From the NCBI GenBank assembly GCA_965202785.1, contig OZ241855.1:1120001-1184000 (forward strand): 64,000 bases of DNA, written 5' to 3'. Shown piece after piece: positions 40,888 to 50,705 of the stretch. The notes under the pieces are model-generated. The model had not been told where the DNA came from, searched no databases, and saw nothing but the letters and a program-made list of their open reading frames with translations. Source of the stretch: Thermodesulfobacteriota bacterium. GTDB taxonomy: Bacteria > Desulfobacterota_D > UBA1144 > Nemesobacterales > Nemesobacteraceae. The position numbers were made by a program, and so were the translations under genes. The stretch's first letter is position 1. Every line of letters starts with the position of its first letter.

Positions 40888-42180
40888 ATGAAGATTATAA
40901 GGATAAATTCGAAAAATCTGGAAAGAAGGTCGAGAGAAATAGAGAAATCGGCCTCACATTTCGATCCGGAGCTTGTTTCGCAAACGGAAAAGATTGTAGA
41001 GGACGTCAGAAAACGGGGAGACTCGGCGCTTTTTCGCTACGCGAAGAAATTTGATGGGCCTTACGTAACTGCGAAAAACGTAAAGGTCACCGATCGCGAG
41101 TTTAAAGAGGCCAGAGCATCCGTCGCGCCTGGCATTGCGAGGGACCTTAAGAAGGCCGCTTCACGGATTCGCTCCTACCAGAAAAAGAAGCTTCCAAGGG
41201 CTGGATCCTACAAGGATTCGCTCGGAAACGAACTTGGCTGGCTGATAAGACCAATTGAGAAAGTGGGAGTGTATGTTCCGGGAGGCAAGGCTTCGTATCC
41301 TTCGACCGTGCTCATGACCGTTATCCCGGCGCGGGTTGCTGGAGCAATCGAAATAAGCGTTGTTACCCCATGTTCCGGGAAACGGGTGAATCCCGAGATT
41401 CTTCTGGCGTGCGAGATCGCCGGGGTGAGCAACGTCTACAAAATAGGCGGGGCCCACGCCATAGCGGCCATGGCCTTTGGAACTAGGAGCATACCGAAAG
41501 TGGACAAGGTAGTAGGTCCTGGGAACATCTACGTTACGATAGCCAAAAAACTGGTTTATGGTTTCTGCGACATTGACATGCTGGCAGGGCCGACCGAGGT
41601 TCTGATTATCGCCGACGGTTCGTGTCCGCCAGAATGGGTGGCTGCAGACCTGCTTGCTCAGGCCGAGCATGACGAAATGTCAATCCCGATTCTCGCGACC
41701 ACCAGCTACGATTATGCAAAAGAAGTGAGAAAGGAAGTGCTCTCGCAGCTAAGGGAGCTTGATAGGGAAGAAATCGCAGGCGCCGCGGTCTCAAACAACG
41801 GAAGAATCTACGTAACCGAGAACATGGAGCAGGCAGTGGTGCTTTCAAACGCAGTTGCTCCCGAGCACCTTGAGCTCTGTGTACGCTCCCCCAAATCTCT
41901 TCTCAAAGGCATAAAACACGCGGGAGCCGTGTTTTTGGGTTCTCTCTCGACCGAGCCGTTCGGCGATTACGTCTCGGGTCCTAGTCACGTTCTTCCGACG
42001 GGAGGGGCGGCGAGATTTTCTTCCCCTCTTAGCGTTTACGATTTCCTGAGGATGCCGAGCACCATATCGATGTCGAAAAAAGGTTTTTCGTCTCTCGGCG
42101 CGACCGTTATGAACCTTGCCTACGCCGAGGGGCTTTCGGGCCACGCATTTTCGGTAAAAAGACGGATTGAGGATTCCTGA
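40888..42180 (+). CDS. hisD: Histidinol dehydrogenase
   Basis: GVYVPGG, GPGNIYV, LLAQAEHD, APEHLEL, GPSHVLPT. Confidence 0.97.
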   Translation: MKIIRINSKNLERRSREIEKSASHFDPELVSQTEKIVEDVRKRGDSALFRYAKKFDGPYVTAKNVKVTDREFKEARASVAPGIARDLKKAASRIRSYQKKKLPRAGSYKDSLGNELGWLIRPIEKVGVYVPGGKASYPSTVLMTVIPARVAGAIEISVVTPCSGKRVNPEILLACEIAGVSNVYKIGGAHAIAAMAFGTRSIPKVDKVVGPGNIYVTIAKKLVYGFCDIDMLAGPTEVLIIADGSCPPEWVAADLLAQAEHDEMSIPILATTSYDYAKEVRKEVLSQLRELDREEIAGAAVSNNGRIYVTENMEQAVVLSNAVAPEHLELCVRSPKSLLKGIKHAGAVFLGSLSTEPFGDYVSGPSHVLPTGGAARFSSPLSVYDFLRMPSTISMSKKGFSSLGATVMNLAYAEGLSGHAFSVKRRIEDS

Positions 42181-42217
42181 GTAATGTTCACGTTACTTTT
42201 TAGAGCGGGAGACGCCA

Positions 42218-43291
42218 GTGTCTGACTCAGGTTCGATTAAAAGCAGGATTTCTAAGAGCGTAAGGTCAATATCTGCTTACTCTGTGCCGAGGATCGACTG
42301 CTCGGTGAAACTTGACGGAAACGAAAGCCCTTACGATCTTGAAGGAGAAGAGAAGCTTGCCCTTTCCGAACGGCTGGCGAGACTTCCCGTAAATCGTTAT
42401 CCGGACCCCGAGGCCCTGGGAGTAAGAACTTCTCTTTCCCGCGCTCTAGGCTTCCCCGTAGATGGCATATTGCTTGGTAACGGCTCAGACGAGATCATAC
42501 AGATGATCGTCGAGGTGCTCGGGGGGAAAAGCGGCCGCGTGCTCGTGCCGTCCCCGACTTTCTCAATGTACAGGATCACGTCGCTTATTCTTGGGAGGCA
42601 GGTGACGGAGATTGAGCTTGATGAGAACTTTGACATAGATCTCGAACAGACCTTGGAGACGATTCACGCGCAGGACCCTGACATCGTTTTTCTCGCGACT
42701 CCGAACAATCCTACCGGGAATTCTTTTTCGGAAGAAAAAGTGCTCGAGATCCTGGAGGCAAGCGGTGGCGCGGTGGTTGTTGACGAAGCCTACTGCGATT
42801 TTTCGAAAAAAAGCTATATTCCCCATATAGATAAATACGAAAACCTGCTGGTACTGAGAACAATGTCCAAGATAGGGTTTGCGGGGGCGAGACTTGGAAT
42901 ATTCTTTGCACGACCGCAGATCGCAGACGAAGTGAACAAGGCGCGTCTTCCCTATAACATAAATTCTTTTAGTCAGGATGTGATGTCTTTTGCTCTTGAA
43001 AACCCAGAGGTTATTGAACGGAAGATAAGCCTTATATTGAGCGAAAGAGAAAGAGTTCGTGCGTCACTTGAGCGAATTAAGGGAATTCATGTTTATCCAA
43101 CGGACGCGAATTTTTTCTTGGTACGGGTTACGGACGCGGATTTTCTTTTCGAAGAGCTGGTCAAAAACGATATTCTGGTCCGTCGCTTCAAGGGAGAGGG
43201 ACGCCTTGCAAACTGCCTCAGGATCACGGTTGGAACCAGGGAGGAAAACGATCAGCTTATCCAAGCCCTAGTCAGCATATTTTCTTCCTAA
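42218..43291 (+). CDS. hisC: Histidinol-phosphate aminotransferase
   Basis: KLDGNESP, GNGSDE, PNNPTG, VDEAY, RTMSK, RITVG. Confidence 0.96.
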   Translation: MSDSGSIKSRISKSVRSISAYSVPRIDCSVKLDGNESPYDLEGEEKLALSERLARLPVNRYPDPEALGVRTSLSRALGFPVDGILLGNGSDEIIQMIVEVLGGKSGRVLVPSPTFSMYRITSLILGRQVTEIELDENFDIDLEQTLETIHAQDPDIVFLATPNNPTGNSFSEEKVLEILEASGGAVVVDEAYCDFSKKSYIPHIDKYENLLVLRTMSKIGFAGARLGIFFARPQIADEVNKARLPYNINSFSQDVMSFALENPEVIERKISLILSERERVRASLERIKGIHVYPTDANFFLVRVTDADFLFEELVKNDILVRRFKGEGRLANCLRITVGTREENDQLIQALVSIFSS

Positions 43292-43403
43292 GTAGCTTTT
43301 CGCTACGAAAATTCTTGCTTAAAGCCGTTCTCTGCGTACCTGACTGGCTTCTTCTCTTTGAGGGAAAGTTCATACAATAAATATTCGAATTTTCGCCTGA
43401 AAC

Positions 43404-43483
43404 GTGATTTATTGCATATGTAATATACTATTTTGCTTGAATGTGGATTTTAAGTAGTGTATATTTTAATATCAATAATTCAC
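43404..43483. promoter_or_regulatory. AT-rich imperfect palindrome upstream of abiEi, putative autoregulatory operator
   Basis: GTGATTTATTG...AATATAC paired with GTATATT...CAATAATTCAC. Confidence 0.55.
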
Positions 43484-43497
43484 ATTTTTGGTGATTT

Positions 43498-44319
43498 ATG
43501 GACAATAGAGTTATGCCACAAAGATCGATACCGCAAGGCAGACGCAAGCTTGCAGCCGTGATCAATGAGGCTGGTGACATCATTCGAATTGAAGATGTAG
43601 TCTCTGCGCTTCCGGTAAAGAGATCGGATGCCGCCAAGCTGCTTTCACGCTGGGCTAGCCAGGGCTGGCTAAGGCGTGTAGGGACGGGTGCCTATGTTGC
43701 TGTGCCTCTTGATTCTCTTGAAAGCGAGCGGGTCCTGGATGATCCCTGGATACTGGTTCCGGTTCTTTATGCGCCTGCCTATATTGGTGGGTGGACTGCC
43801 GCGGAACACTGGAACCTCACCGAGCAACTGTTCCGCCGAATTCTTGTCATGACCACGAAAACAGTGCGTAGAAAACACGAGATACGAGATGGGGCACAAT
43901 TCATGTTGCGTCATATAGAGGAACGGAAATTCTTCGGCACTAAGGCGGTCTGGCGCGGACGGTCCAAAATTCTGGTTTCTGACGTTCACCGGACGATTAT
44001 CGATATGCTTGATGAACCGTCCATCGGCGGGGGGAGTCAACACATGGCAGATTGCCTAGCTGTTTACCTGAAGTGTCCTGATCGAAATGATGAAATACTA
44101 ATAGACTACGCGAAAGCGCTTGACAACGGCGCGGTTTTCAAACGGCTAGGTTTCTTAGCTGAAAAATATCCCAATACCGAGATTTTAACCGAGGCCTGTC
44201 TGAAGCATATGACAAAAGGGAATGCCAAACTTGATCCCGCATTGAAATGTTCTCGCTTGGTCTCAAAATGGCGTCTTCGGGTTCCGTCGAACTGTAGAGC
44301 GGGAGGACGACATGATTAG
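43498..44319 (+). CDS. Type IV TA antitoxin, AbiEi family
   Basis: N-terminal wHTH (LSRW..QGWLRRV..GAY), YIGGWTAAEHWNLTEQ, RTIIDML, KRLGFL. Confidence 0.88.
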   Translation: MDNRVMPQRSIPQGRRKLAAVINEAGDIIRIEDVVSALPVKRSDAAKLLSRWASQGWLRRVGTGAYVAVPLDSLESERVLDDPWILVPVLYAPAYIGGWTAAEHWNLTEQLFRRILVMTTKTVRRKHEIRDGAQFMLRHIEERKFFGTKAVWRGRSKILVSDVHRTIIDMLDEPSIGGGSQHMADCLAVYLKCPDRNDEILIDYAKALDNGAVFKRLGFLAEKYPNTEILTEACLKHMTKGNAKLDPALKCSRLVSKWRLRVPSNCRAGGRHD

Positions 44320-45505
44320 CAAGCGTGAGATCATTGATGCGGCGACAATTAAGGGACTCAATCCCCACATCGTCGAGAAGGACTATGTTCTTGGTTGGTT
44401 GCTGTGGGGGATATGTAATCATGAGATATTGGGTAAAAGCTGGCTTTTTAAGGGTGGCACCTGTCTGAAAAAATGCTTTTTTGAGACCTACAGGTTTTCC
44501 GAAGACCTCGATTTTACTCTTGTTGATTCCTCGCATATCGATGATGGTTTTCTTAAAACCGTGTTTGGGGAGATATGCGAACGCGTCTATGAACAGACCG
44601 GTATCGAACTGCCACTGCATTCTCACAAGTTTGACGTTTATCAAAACCCACGTGGCGGTAAATCCTGCCAAGCCCGGATAGGGTATCAGGGACCTGTGTC
44701 GCCACGTGGCAGAAGCATGCCGAGGGTTAAGCTTGATCTCACGGCTGATGAACTCGTGGTGCTGAGCCCGATTCAGTCACAGGTCTATCATCCTTACAGC
44801 GATGCCCCGAGCGGAGGTATCGCCATACGGTCATATGCATACGAAGAGGCGTTCGGTGAAAAGATAAGAGCACTTGCCGAACGGGGGCGACCTCGTGATT
44901 TGTACGATGTAGTTAACCTGTTCCGCAATCCTGAGGCACGGCCCTCTGCTGCGGTATTAGATGATCTGCTCCGTCAAAAGTGCGAGTTCAAGAATCTTGA
45001 TTTTCCTGTCTTCGCTCAACTTGAAATTAATAGACCTTTTCTAGAAAGCAGATGGGCGCAGATGCTGTCCCATCAGTTGCCTGCCTTGCCTCCGTTTGTA
45101 ACATTCTGGGACGAGCTACCTATTTTCTTTGAGTGGCTTCACGACGGAACTTTACCGCGGATTCCCGTCGCATATATTGGAGATGAAGGTGAAGAGGCTA
45201 TACGAGAACGCATGTTGCGCCTGCCGATTTCCGCCGTGACTCAATCCTATATCGAAATCATCCGTTTTGCCGCTTCCAGTCTGCTTTGCGTGGATCTAGA
45301 CTACGAAGGACATACAGACCGCGTTGAACCCTATTCGCTTCGCCGTACTAATAAGGGCAATCTGATCCTTAGGGCTTACAATGTGAATAAAAACGGACAC
45401 AGCAGCTATCTGGTCAGCGGTATTAAAGGAGCAAGGGTCACCGGTCAGGTTTTCAAGCCCCGTTTCGTAATTGAATTGACGCCTACCGGTCCAGTAGTTA
45501 TTTAG
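44312..45505 (+). CDS. AbiEii-family nucleotidyltransferase toxin with C-terminal WYL-like domain
   Basis: EKDY, FKGGTCLKK, RFSEDLDF, EKIRAL, RPRDLYD; C-terminal LDY...RVEPYSL...YLVSGI. Confidence 0.88.
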   Translation: MISKREIIDAATIKGLNPHIVEKDYVLGWLLWGICNHEILGKSWLFKGGTCLKKCFFETYRFSEDLDFTLVDSSHIDDGFLKTVFGEICERVYEQTGIELPLHSHKFDVYQNPRGGKSCQARIGYQGPVSPRGRSMPRVKLDLTADELVVLSPIQSQVYHPYSDAPSGGIAIRSYAYEEAFGEKIRALAERGRPRDLYDVVNLFRNPEARPSAAVLDDLLRQKCEFKNLDFPVFAQLEINRPFLESRWAQMLSHQLPALPPFVTFWDELPIFFEWLHDGTLPRIPVAYIGDEGEEAIRERMLRLPISAVTQSYIEIIRFAASSLLCVDLDYEGHTDRVEPYSLRRTNKGNLILRAYNVNKNGHSSYLVSGIKGARVTGQVFKPRFVIELTPTGPVVI

Positions 45506-45541
45506 CTGATCTGAATTCAAGACGACCATGGATTCCTGTTG

Positions 45542-47125
45542 TTAGTCAGCATATTTTCTTCCTAGGTAGCTTTTCACTACGAAGAGAATTGTTGCCGCAA
45601 GGGCTATCCATGCGAAGATGTCTCCTACCCTCGAGTAGAGAGTTTCAAGTGAATCGATCAGAACTACCTCTCCCCTCAGGTTCTCCGTAGTGAATATCCC
45701 CGTGCGGGCCTCGATCTTCCCGGTAGGAGATACGATCGCGCTTACCCCGCTGTTTGTTGATCTTACCAGGTAACGTCGCGTTTCAACCGCCCTCGGAATT
45801 GAGAGGAGCAGATGCTGGTAGGGAGCGATGCTCCTTCCGAACCAGGCGTCGTTTGTGAGGTTAACGAGGAGGTTGGCTCCCATTTCCACATAGTCACTCG
45901 AAATCTTCGCCACTATGTCCTCATAGCATATAAGGGGCCCTATTCTCATATTTTTCCCCGGAATCTCAAGCACTCTGAGACCTTCCCCCGGGGTAAGGTC
46001 TCCCATCATGGGGAAGACCCTTTTCAGGAACTTAAGCTCCTCGTTTATCCAGGGGAAATATTCGCCCAGAAGAAAAAGCCGGGTCTTGCTGTAGTGGCCG
46101 AGGATATCACTTTGAGGATTGACCAGGAAGGCCGTGTTGTATTTTTTGTGATCCTCTTCATCCCAGCCGTCCTCAAGCAGAGCAGGGTCTTGGGTAAAGG
46201 AAAGTCCTCCGATGAGGAAGTGCGCTACGTGCCCCGTCGGCACTACATCTGTTTGGTCTTCGATTCTGTATGAGGATTTGTCTTTGGGGAACCAGTACTG
46301 AACCGATGTCTCCGGCCAGATCACGAGGTCTGCCCCCGGAAGTCTTCGCGACATCTCCCTGTGTTTTTCCGTTATGATCGGTTCATTGACGAGGTTTTTT
46401 TCCGCGTAATCAAAATTCGCCTGAACCATCCCGATTTTCACCCGGGGCTCTGTTTCAAGGAAATTCTCAATTTCGTTTATTCTGAAAGACCCGTAGCCGA
46501 GCACGATTACGATTATGGCAATCGAGATCGCGGGTGCGGCAAGCGCAGGTTTTTTTCTCCGCCGCAAGTCGTCAACGAGGTAGAAAACCGATACGTTTAC
46601 AAAAAACATCAGAAATCCCAGAAAGTTCACCCCGAGTGTATCAACCACCTGTATTACCTTTGGGTAATAGCCTTGGGAGACTCCTATTCCGTAGGGAAAG
46701 AGAACCGGGAAGAAAAACTCTGTAACCACCCAAGCAAAAGAGATCATAAGCGCGTTTGTGACACTTTTTCCTCGGCAGAGTCCAAATCTCGATATATACC
46801 AAGTGAAAATTCCGAACTGAAGCGATGAATACACGCAGAACAGTAACACGGCCGCCATGCTTGGGACCAAAGGGATTTCCCCGAACCTGTTGAGAGTTCC
46901 GACGAGCCAGTAAAGCGAGACGAGATTCATGGATGTCCCGGATATCATGCCCAGTCGAAGTGACTGTGAAGCGCTTTTCCCCTGAAGCGCCAGAAGCATT
47001 GGGGCAAAGCATACCCAGCCCAGTACGCCGAGAGTGCTTGAAAAAAGGGATGCGGAAAAAAGCACTCCGGATCCCGCGGCTAGGATTTCGTTTCCGGTCG
47101 GTTTGGTTATCCGGCTCGTTTTCAT
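45542..47125 (-). CDS. lnt: Apolipoprotein N-acyltransferase
   Basis: Multiple TM helices, IWPETS, GEY.P, PLICYE, NLTNDAWFG, RSTNSGVS. Confidence 0.95.
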   Translation of the reverse strand: MKTSRITKPTGNEILAAGSGVLFSASLFSSTLGVLGWVCFAPMLLALQGKSASQSLRLGMISGTSMNLVSLYWLVGTLNRFGEIPLVPSMAAVLLFCVYSSLQFGIFTWYISRFGLCRGKSVTNALMISFAWVVTEFFFPVLFPYGIGVSQGYYPKVIQVVDTLGVNFLGFLMFFVNVSVFYLVDDLRRRKKPALAAPAISIAIIVIVLGYGSFRINEIENFLETEPRVKIGMVQANFDYAEKNLVNEPIITEKHREMSRRLPGADLVIWPETSVQYWFPKDKSSYRIEDQTDVVPTGHVAHFLIGGLSFTQDPALLEDGWDEEDHKKYNTAFLVNPQSDILGHYSKTRLFLLGEYFPWINEELKFLKRVFPMMGDLTPGEGLRVLEIPGKNMRIGPLICYEDIVAKISSDYVEMGANLLVNLTNDAWFGRSIAPYQHLLLSIPRAVETRRYLVRSTNSGVSAIVSPTGKIEARTGIFTTENLRGEVVLIDSLETLYSRVGDIFAWIALAATILFVVKSYLGRKYAD

Positions 47126-47147
47126 GCGTAGCGGAGAAATTGCGGGT

Positions 47148-47906
47148 TCAAGACGCTTCGGTGTGTTTGCGTAAAGATATGTATTTAAGCGCTCCGACAA
47201 GGATCAGTGCAATTGCCATTACCTGCGCTACCGAAAGGCCGGATATCGGGCTTTCAGTGGTGTTTCTTATGAACTCGATAAAGAACCTTTCAAGACCCGC
47301 GAGTCCCAGATATATGCTGGCGAGCCAGCCGACAGGTCTGTCCTTTTTCCTTATCTTCCACAGCACTAAGAACACAAGCGACATTATGATCGTTTCATAA
47401 ATCTGAGTTGGATGAACCGCCTCAAGTGTCGGGGGGGAACCCTTTGGAAACGGCATCGCCCAGGGGAGTGTGGAGGCGATTCCGTAATCGTCTCCAACTA
47501 GAAGACAGCCGACCCTTCCAGTCGCGTAGGCTATTGCGAGAGCCGGGGCGGTAGCGTCAAGAACCTTCCAGAAACTTTCTTTATGCTTTTTTGTTAGTAC
47601 GAAAAAGGCGAAGAGAGCCAGAAAAAATCCTCCGTAGAAGGTAAGTCCTCCCCTTAGAAGAAGATAGTGCATGGGGTAGGAGATAAGGTCGCTTAGGGGA
47701 ACGTTCTCGATCAGGAAAAGAAGCTTGGCCCCGAGTATGCCTCCCACAAGGCAGGCAAGAAAACCCTGTTCGTGAAGTCGCCTGGACATTCCTTTTCTTT
47801 CAAATTCCATCCCGGAAACCCAGAAAGCGACAAGAAAAGAGACGGCGACCATCGCCCCGAAGGATGTAATATGAAAATCGCCTATTCTGAGAAGTTCAGG
47901 GAACAT
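47148..47906 (-). CDS. lgt: Prolipoprotein diacylglyceryl transferase
   Basis: GGLTFYGG, GRVGC, HPTQIYE, RFFIEFIR. Confidence 0.93.
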   Translation of the reverse strand: MFPELLRIGDFHITSFGAMVAVSFLVAFWVSGMEFERKGMSRRLHEQGFLACLVGGILGAKLLFLIENVPLSDLISYPMHYLLLRGGLTFYGGFFLALFAFFVLTKKHKESFWKVLDATAPALAIAYATGRVGCLLVGDDYGIASTLPWAMPFPKGSPPTLEAVHPTQIYETIIMSLVFLVLWKIRKKDRPVGWLASIYLGLAGLERFFIEFIRNTTESPISGLSVAQVMAIALILVGALKYISLRKHTEAS

Positions 47907-48035
47907 TTATTTCTTCTCTCCTCCGGATTCAAGTTCTTTTTCCGCTTCGGAGTTTGATCTTACGAGAAGGAATATAGACAGAAAAAGTGCTATGCAGAGG
48001 ATTATCTGAATCAGCAGGTTGGTTTTCATTTCCAT
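47907..48035 (-). CDS. 42-aa single-TM protein missing from the ORF track (MEMKTNLLIQIILCIALFLSIFLLVRSNSEAEKELESGGEKK)
   Basis: AGGAGG upstream; TAA directly abuts the lgt ATG. Confidence 0.55.
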   Translation of the reverse strand: MEMKTNLLIQIILCIALFLSIFLLVRSNSEAEKELESGGEKK

Positions 48036-48150
48036 GTTAAGGGACTTCCTCCTAGTTGGGCGATGACAATTTTAACGAACAGTTAAGGAAAATAAAAGTA
48101 TCGTTGCGTGCTTGAATAACCCCCGCAAGCCGGTAAATTAGTCGGCTAAT

Positions 48151-48747
48151 ATGCTTCAGTCACCGGTACTGGTTTTGAACAGGTTCTTCGTCCCTGTCTC
48201 GGTAACAAGCCTTAAAAGGGCCTTTATTCTTCTTTACGGTGGTGCCGCAAAGGCTGTTAACAGGGAGTATGAGACCTTTGATTTCGATTCGTGGAAGGAT
48301 GTCCGTTCGGTCGATGCTGATGACTGCGTGAGAACCGTTACCAACGTTATAAAAGCTCCACGGGTGATAGTTCTCGTTCGGTATGAGGGGTATCACAGAA
48401 AGCAGCCTAAGTTCAACAGGATAAACATTTTCAGAAGGGACGCGGACACATGCCAGTACTGTGCGAAAGCTTTTCCGAAAAGAGATCTTACCCTTGACCA
48501 TGTGATTCCGCGGTCAATGGGCGGAAGAAGTACCTGGGACAACATAGTGTGCTGTTGTGTTAAGTGCAACAGGAAAAAGGGAGGAAAAACTCCCGAGCAG
48601 GCGAACATGAAGCTGCTCGCCAAACCTGTGAAGCCCGCTGCCAGTATTTTTTCCAACCTCCATTTCAAGACCGTGAGATATGAGGAGTGGGAGCCTTTTC
48701 TGAGCTTTGTCGATATGTCTTACTGGAACGTTGAACTGATTGACTGA
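48151..48747 (+). CDS. HNH endonuclease
   Basis: VLVLN, RRD..TCQYC, LTLDHVIPRS.GG..TWDN.V.CC..CN..K. Confidence 0.92.
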   Translation: MLQSPVLVLNRFFVPVSVTSLKRAFILLYGGAAKAVNREYETFDFDSWKDVRSVDADDCVRTVTNVIKAPRVIVLVRYEGYHRKQPKFNRINIFRRDADTCQYCAKAFPKRDLTLDHVIPRSMGGRSTWDNIVCCCVKCNRKKGGKTPEQANMKLLAKPVKPAASIFSNLHFKTVRYEEWEPFLSFVDMSYWNVELID

Positions 48748-48819
48748 AGGTTTGTCTCAGGTGTGCCCTTGCCGCGAGATCATTATCCGTTCGCGGTCTC
48801 GGGGCTTGGAAAGAAAGAA

Positions 48820-50085
48820 ATGAGATCAACGCTTGCGGTTTTCTTTACGCTCTTGTTTATTCCCTGCTTGGCGACCGCGCAGATACAGCTTCCCCCGGTT
48901 GCTTCTCCGATAAAAAAAATACCGATCGCCATCGCGGTGCTTAAGGCCAAGGGGGATTTAAGCGTATACGGGAAAAATTTCACTGATGTCCTGAAAAACG
49001 ATCTTACCAACGCGGCCCTTTTTGATGTCCGCCAGGTGAACATCCTGTTTTCATCCCCTTTTGAAGATATAGATTTCGAGTATTTAGATGCTCAGAAAAC
49101 CAGATATCTGGTGAGCGGAAATTTCGATGTTTCGCCTCGGGAGGTCTCTTACGATCTCATAGTTTATGATGTGCTAGGCAGACAGGAGCGTATGAGAAAG
49201 AGATACGTGGCGTCTCCGCGCCACATAAGGAACGTGGTGCACAAGTTTGCGGGCGAGCTTATGAGGGAGCTTGCCGGCCTCGACGGGTTTTTTGACTCCG
49301 AGATCGTGTTTGTCAGGAGGGACGGCCATGGAAGTGATCTCTTTATCATGGATTACGACGGGCACAACGCAAAAAGACTTACCAATCACGGATCTTCGGT
49401 TCTCTCTCCTGACTGTTCGCCTGACGGAAGGCAAGTGGTTTTCACTTCCGACAGAAGCTGGGACCATGACGTCTACTCGCTGAACTTCAAGGCCACCCGC
49501 CTTCCCGCCGGGGGCAAGAGAATAACCCGGGGCATTCACCTCGATAATTCTCCGAGCTGGTCCCCAGACGGCAGGCGTGTGGCGTTTAGCCGTAACGGGG
49601 ACATATACATAGCTTCGTCCTCGGGGGAAATACTCAAGCGACTTACCAAATCCCCCTCAATAGATATTTCCCCAACCTGGTCTCCCGACAGCAGAAAAAT
49701 TGCCTTTGTGTCGGATCGTGCGGGAGCGCCGAACATATACGTGATAAGTTCCGAGGGGGGTCGAGCGATAAGAATTACTTCGGAGGGTTACAATACCGAC
49801 CCGGTCTGGTCTCCAAACCCCTTAGTTAACCGTATAGCGTTTGTGAAAGTAAAAAAATCCGAGGCCGACATCTACGCCGTAGGACCTGACGGCCGGGGTC
49901 AGCAGAGGCTTACTTCTTCGGGAAGAAACGAGCATCCCTCGTGGTCTCCCGATGGTCACTACATCACTTTCTCTTCAAAGAGGCTGGGGAAAAGGCGGAT
50001 ATATATCATGTACTTAAACGGTGAAAACAAGCTTCCGCTTTCCCGGGGCAAAAATGATTCGTTTTCCACTTGGTGCGTGAAGTAG
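48820..50085 (+). CDS. tolB: TolB-like beta-propeller protein
   Basis: Signal peptide, TolB N-terminal domain, repeated PxWSPDG. Confidence 0.82.
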   Translation: MRSTLAVFFTLLFIPCLATAQIQLPPVASPIKKIPIAIAVLKAKGDLSVYGKNFTDVLKNDLTNAALFDVRQVNILFSSPFEDIDFEYLDAQKTRYLVSGNFDVSPREVSYDLIVYDVLGRQERMRKRYVASPRHIRNVVHKFAGELMRELAGLDGFFDSEIVFVRRDGHGSDLFIMDYDGHNAKRLTNHGSSVLSPDCSPDGRQVVFTSDRSWDHDVYSLNFKATRLPAGGKRITRGIHLDNSPSWSPDGRRVAFSRNGDIYIASSSGEILKRLTKSPSIDISPTWSPDSRKIAFVSDRAGAPNIYVISSEGGRAIRITSEGYNTDPVWSPNPLVNRIAFVKVKKSEADIYAVGPDGRGQQRLTSSGRNEHPSWSPDGHYITFSSKRLGKRRIYIMYLNGENKLPLSRGKNDSFSTWCVK

Positions 50086-50651
50086 CGGATAGGGAGGCTT
50101 TGCTCTTGAGACTTTTTATCGCGGCCTTTCTTCCCGAGGAGACAAAAGATGTGCTTTTTCACTATGTTCAATCGCTTAGAAGCCTTGTTCGAGGCGTGAG
50201 GTGGGAGCCGAAAGAGAAACTCCACGTCACGCTCAGGTTTCTTGGAGAGGTTGATGAATCGTGCCTTGAAAACATATCAGCCGATGTAGGTTCAGCAGTT
50301 TGCGGTTCGGGGAGCATTGAGTCTGGATTTGACAATTTTTGCCTGTTTCCGGGCTCGAGAAATCCCAGAGTATTGGCCTTGGGTCTTGTGAAAAGCGAGC
50401 GATTCCGGTCTCTTTCTGATAAAGTGCAGAGTGCGGTACTGAAGAACGGATTTAAGATGGAAAGAAGAAAATTCATCCCGCACGTGACTCTGGGAAGGAT
50501 CAGAGGGGATTTCGAGGGGATCAGGAAAATTCCTCGACCGGATAGAACGGAGTTCTCCATTACAAGAGTCGGGCTTGTTCAAAGTGAACTTGGACCCCGG
50601 GGGTCCCGCTACACCAGCCTCAGGACATGGAATCTTCGGGATGGCATTTGA
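50070..50651 (+). CDS. thpR: RNA 2',3'-cyclic phosphodiesterase
   Basis: RLFIA, HVTLRFLG and PHVTLGR (two HxT motifs). Confidence 0.9.
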   Translation: MVREVADREALLLRLFIAAFLPEETKDVLFHYVQSLRSLVRGVRWEPKEKLHVTLRFLGEVDESCLENISADVGSAVCGSGSIESGFDNFCLFPGSRNPRVLALGLVKSERFRSLSDKVQSAVLKNGFKMERRKFIPHVTLGRIRGDFEGIRKIPRPDRTEFSITRVGLVQSELGPRGSRYTSLRTWNLRDGI

Positions 50652-50705
50652 CAAAGGAATTTTCTAACAGGCAAAATAGTGCTTCCATAAAGTGCGGAGG
50701 ATGTT

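Larger units (their letters stand above)
43269..45583. mobile_element. 2.3-kb islet flanked by 41-bp direct repeats (43269-43309 and 45543-45583); no integrase
   Basis: TAGTCAGCATATTTTCTTCCTA(A/G)GTAGCTTTTC(G/A)CTACGAA, 39/41 identical. Confidence 0.8.

Noticed and set aside
48151-48747. HNH gene as a homing endonuclease or mobile element
   Set aside because: Matches the common stand-alone chromosomal HNH type; no flanking repeats or intron features
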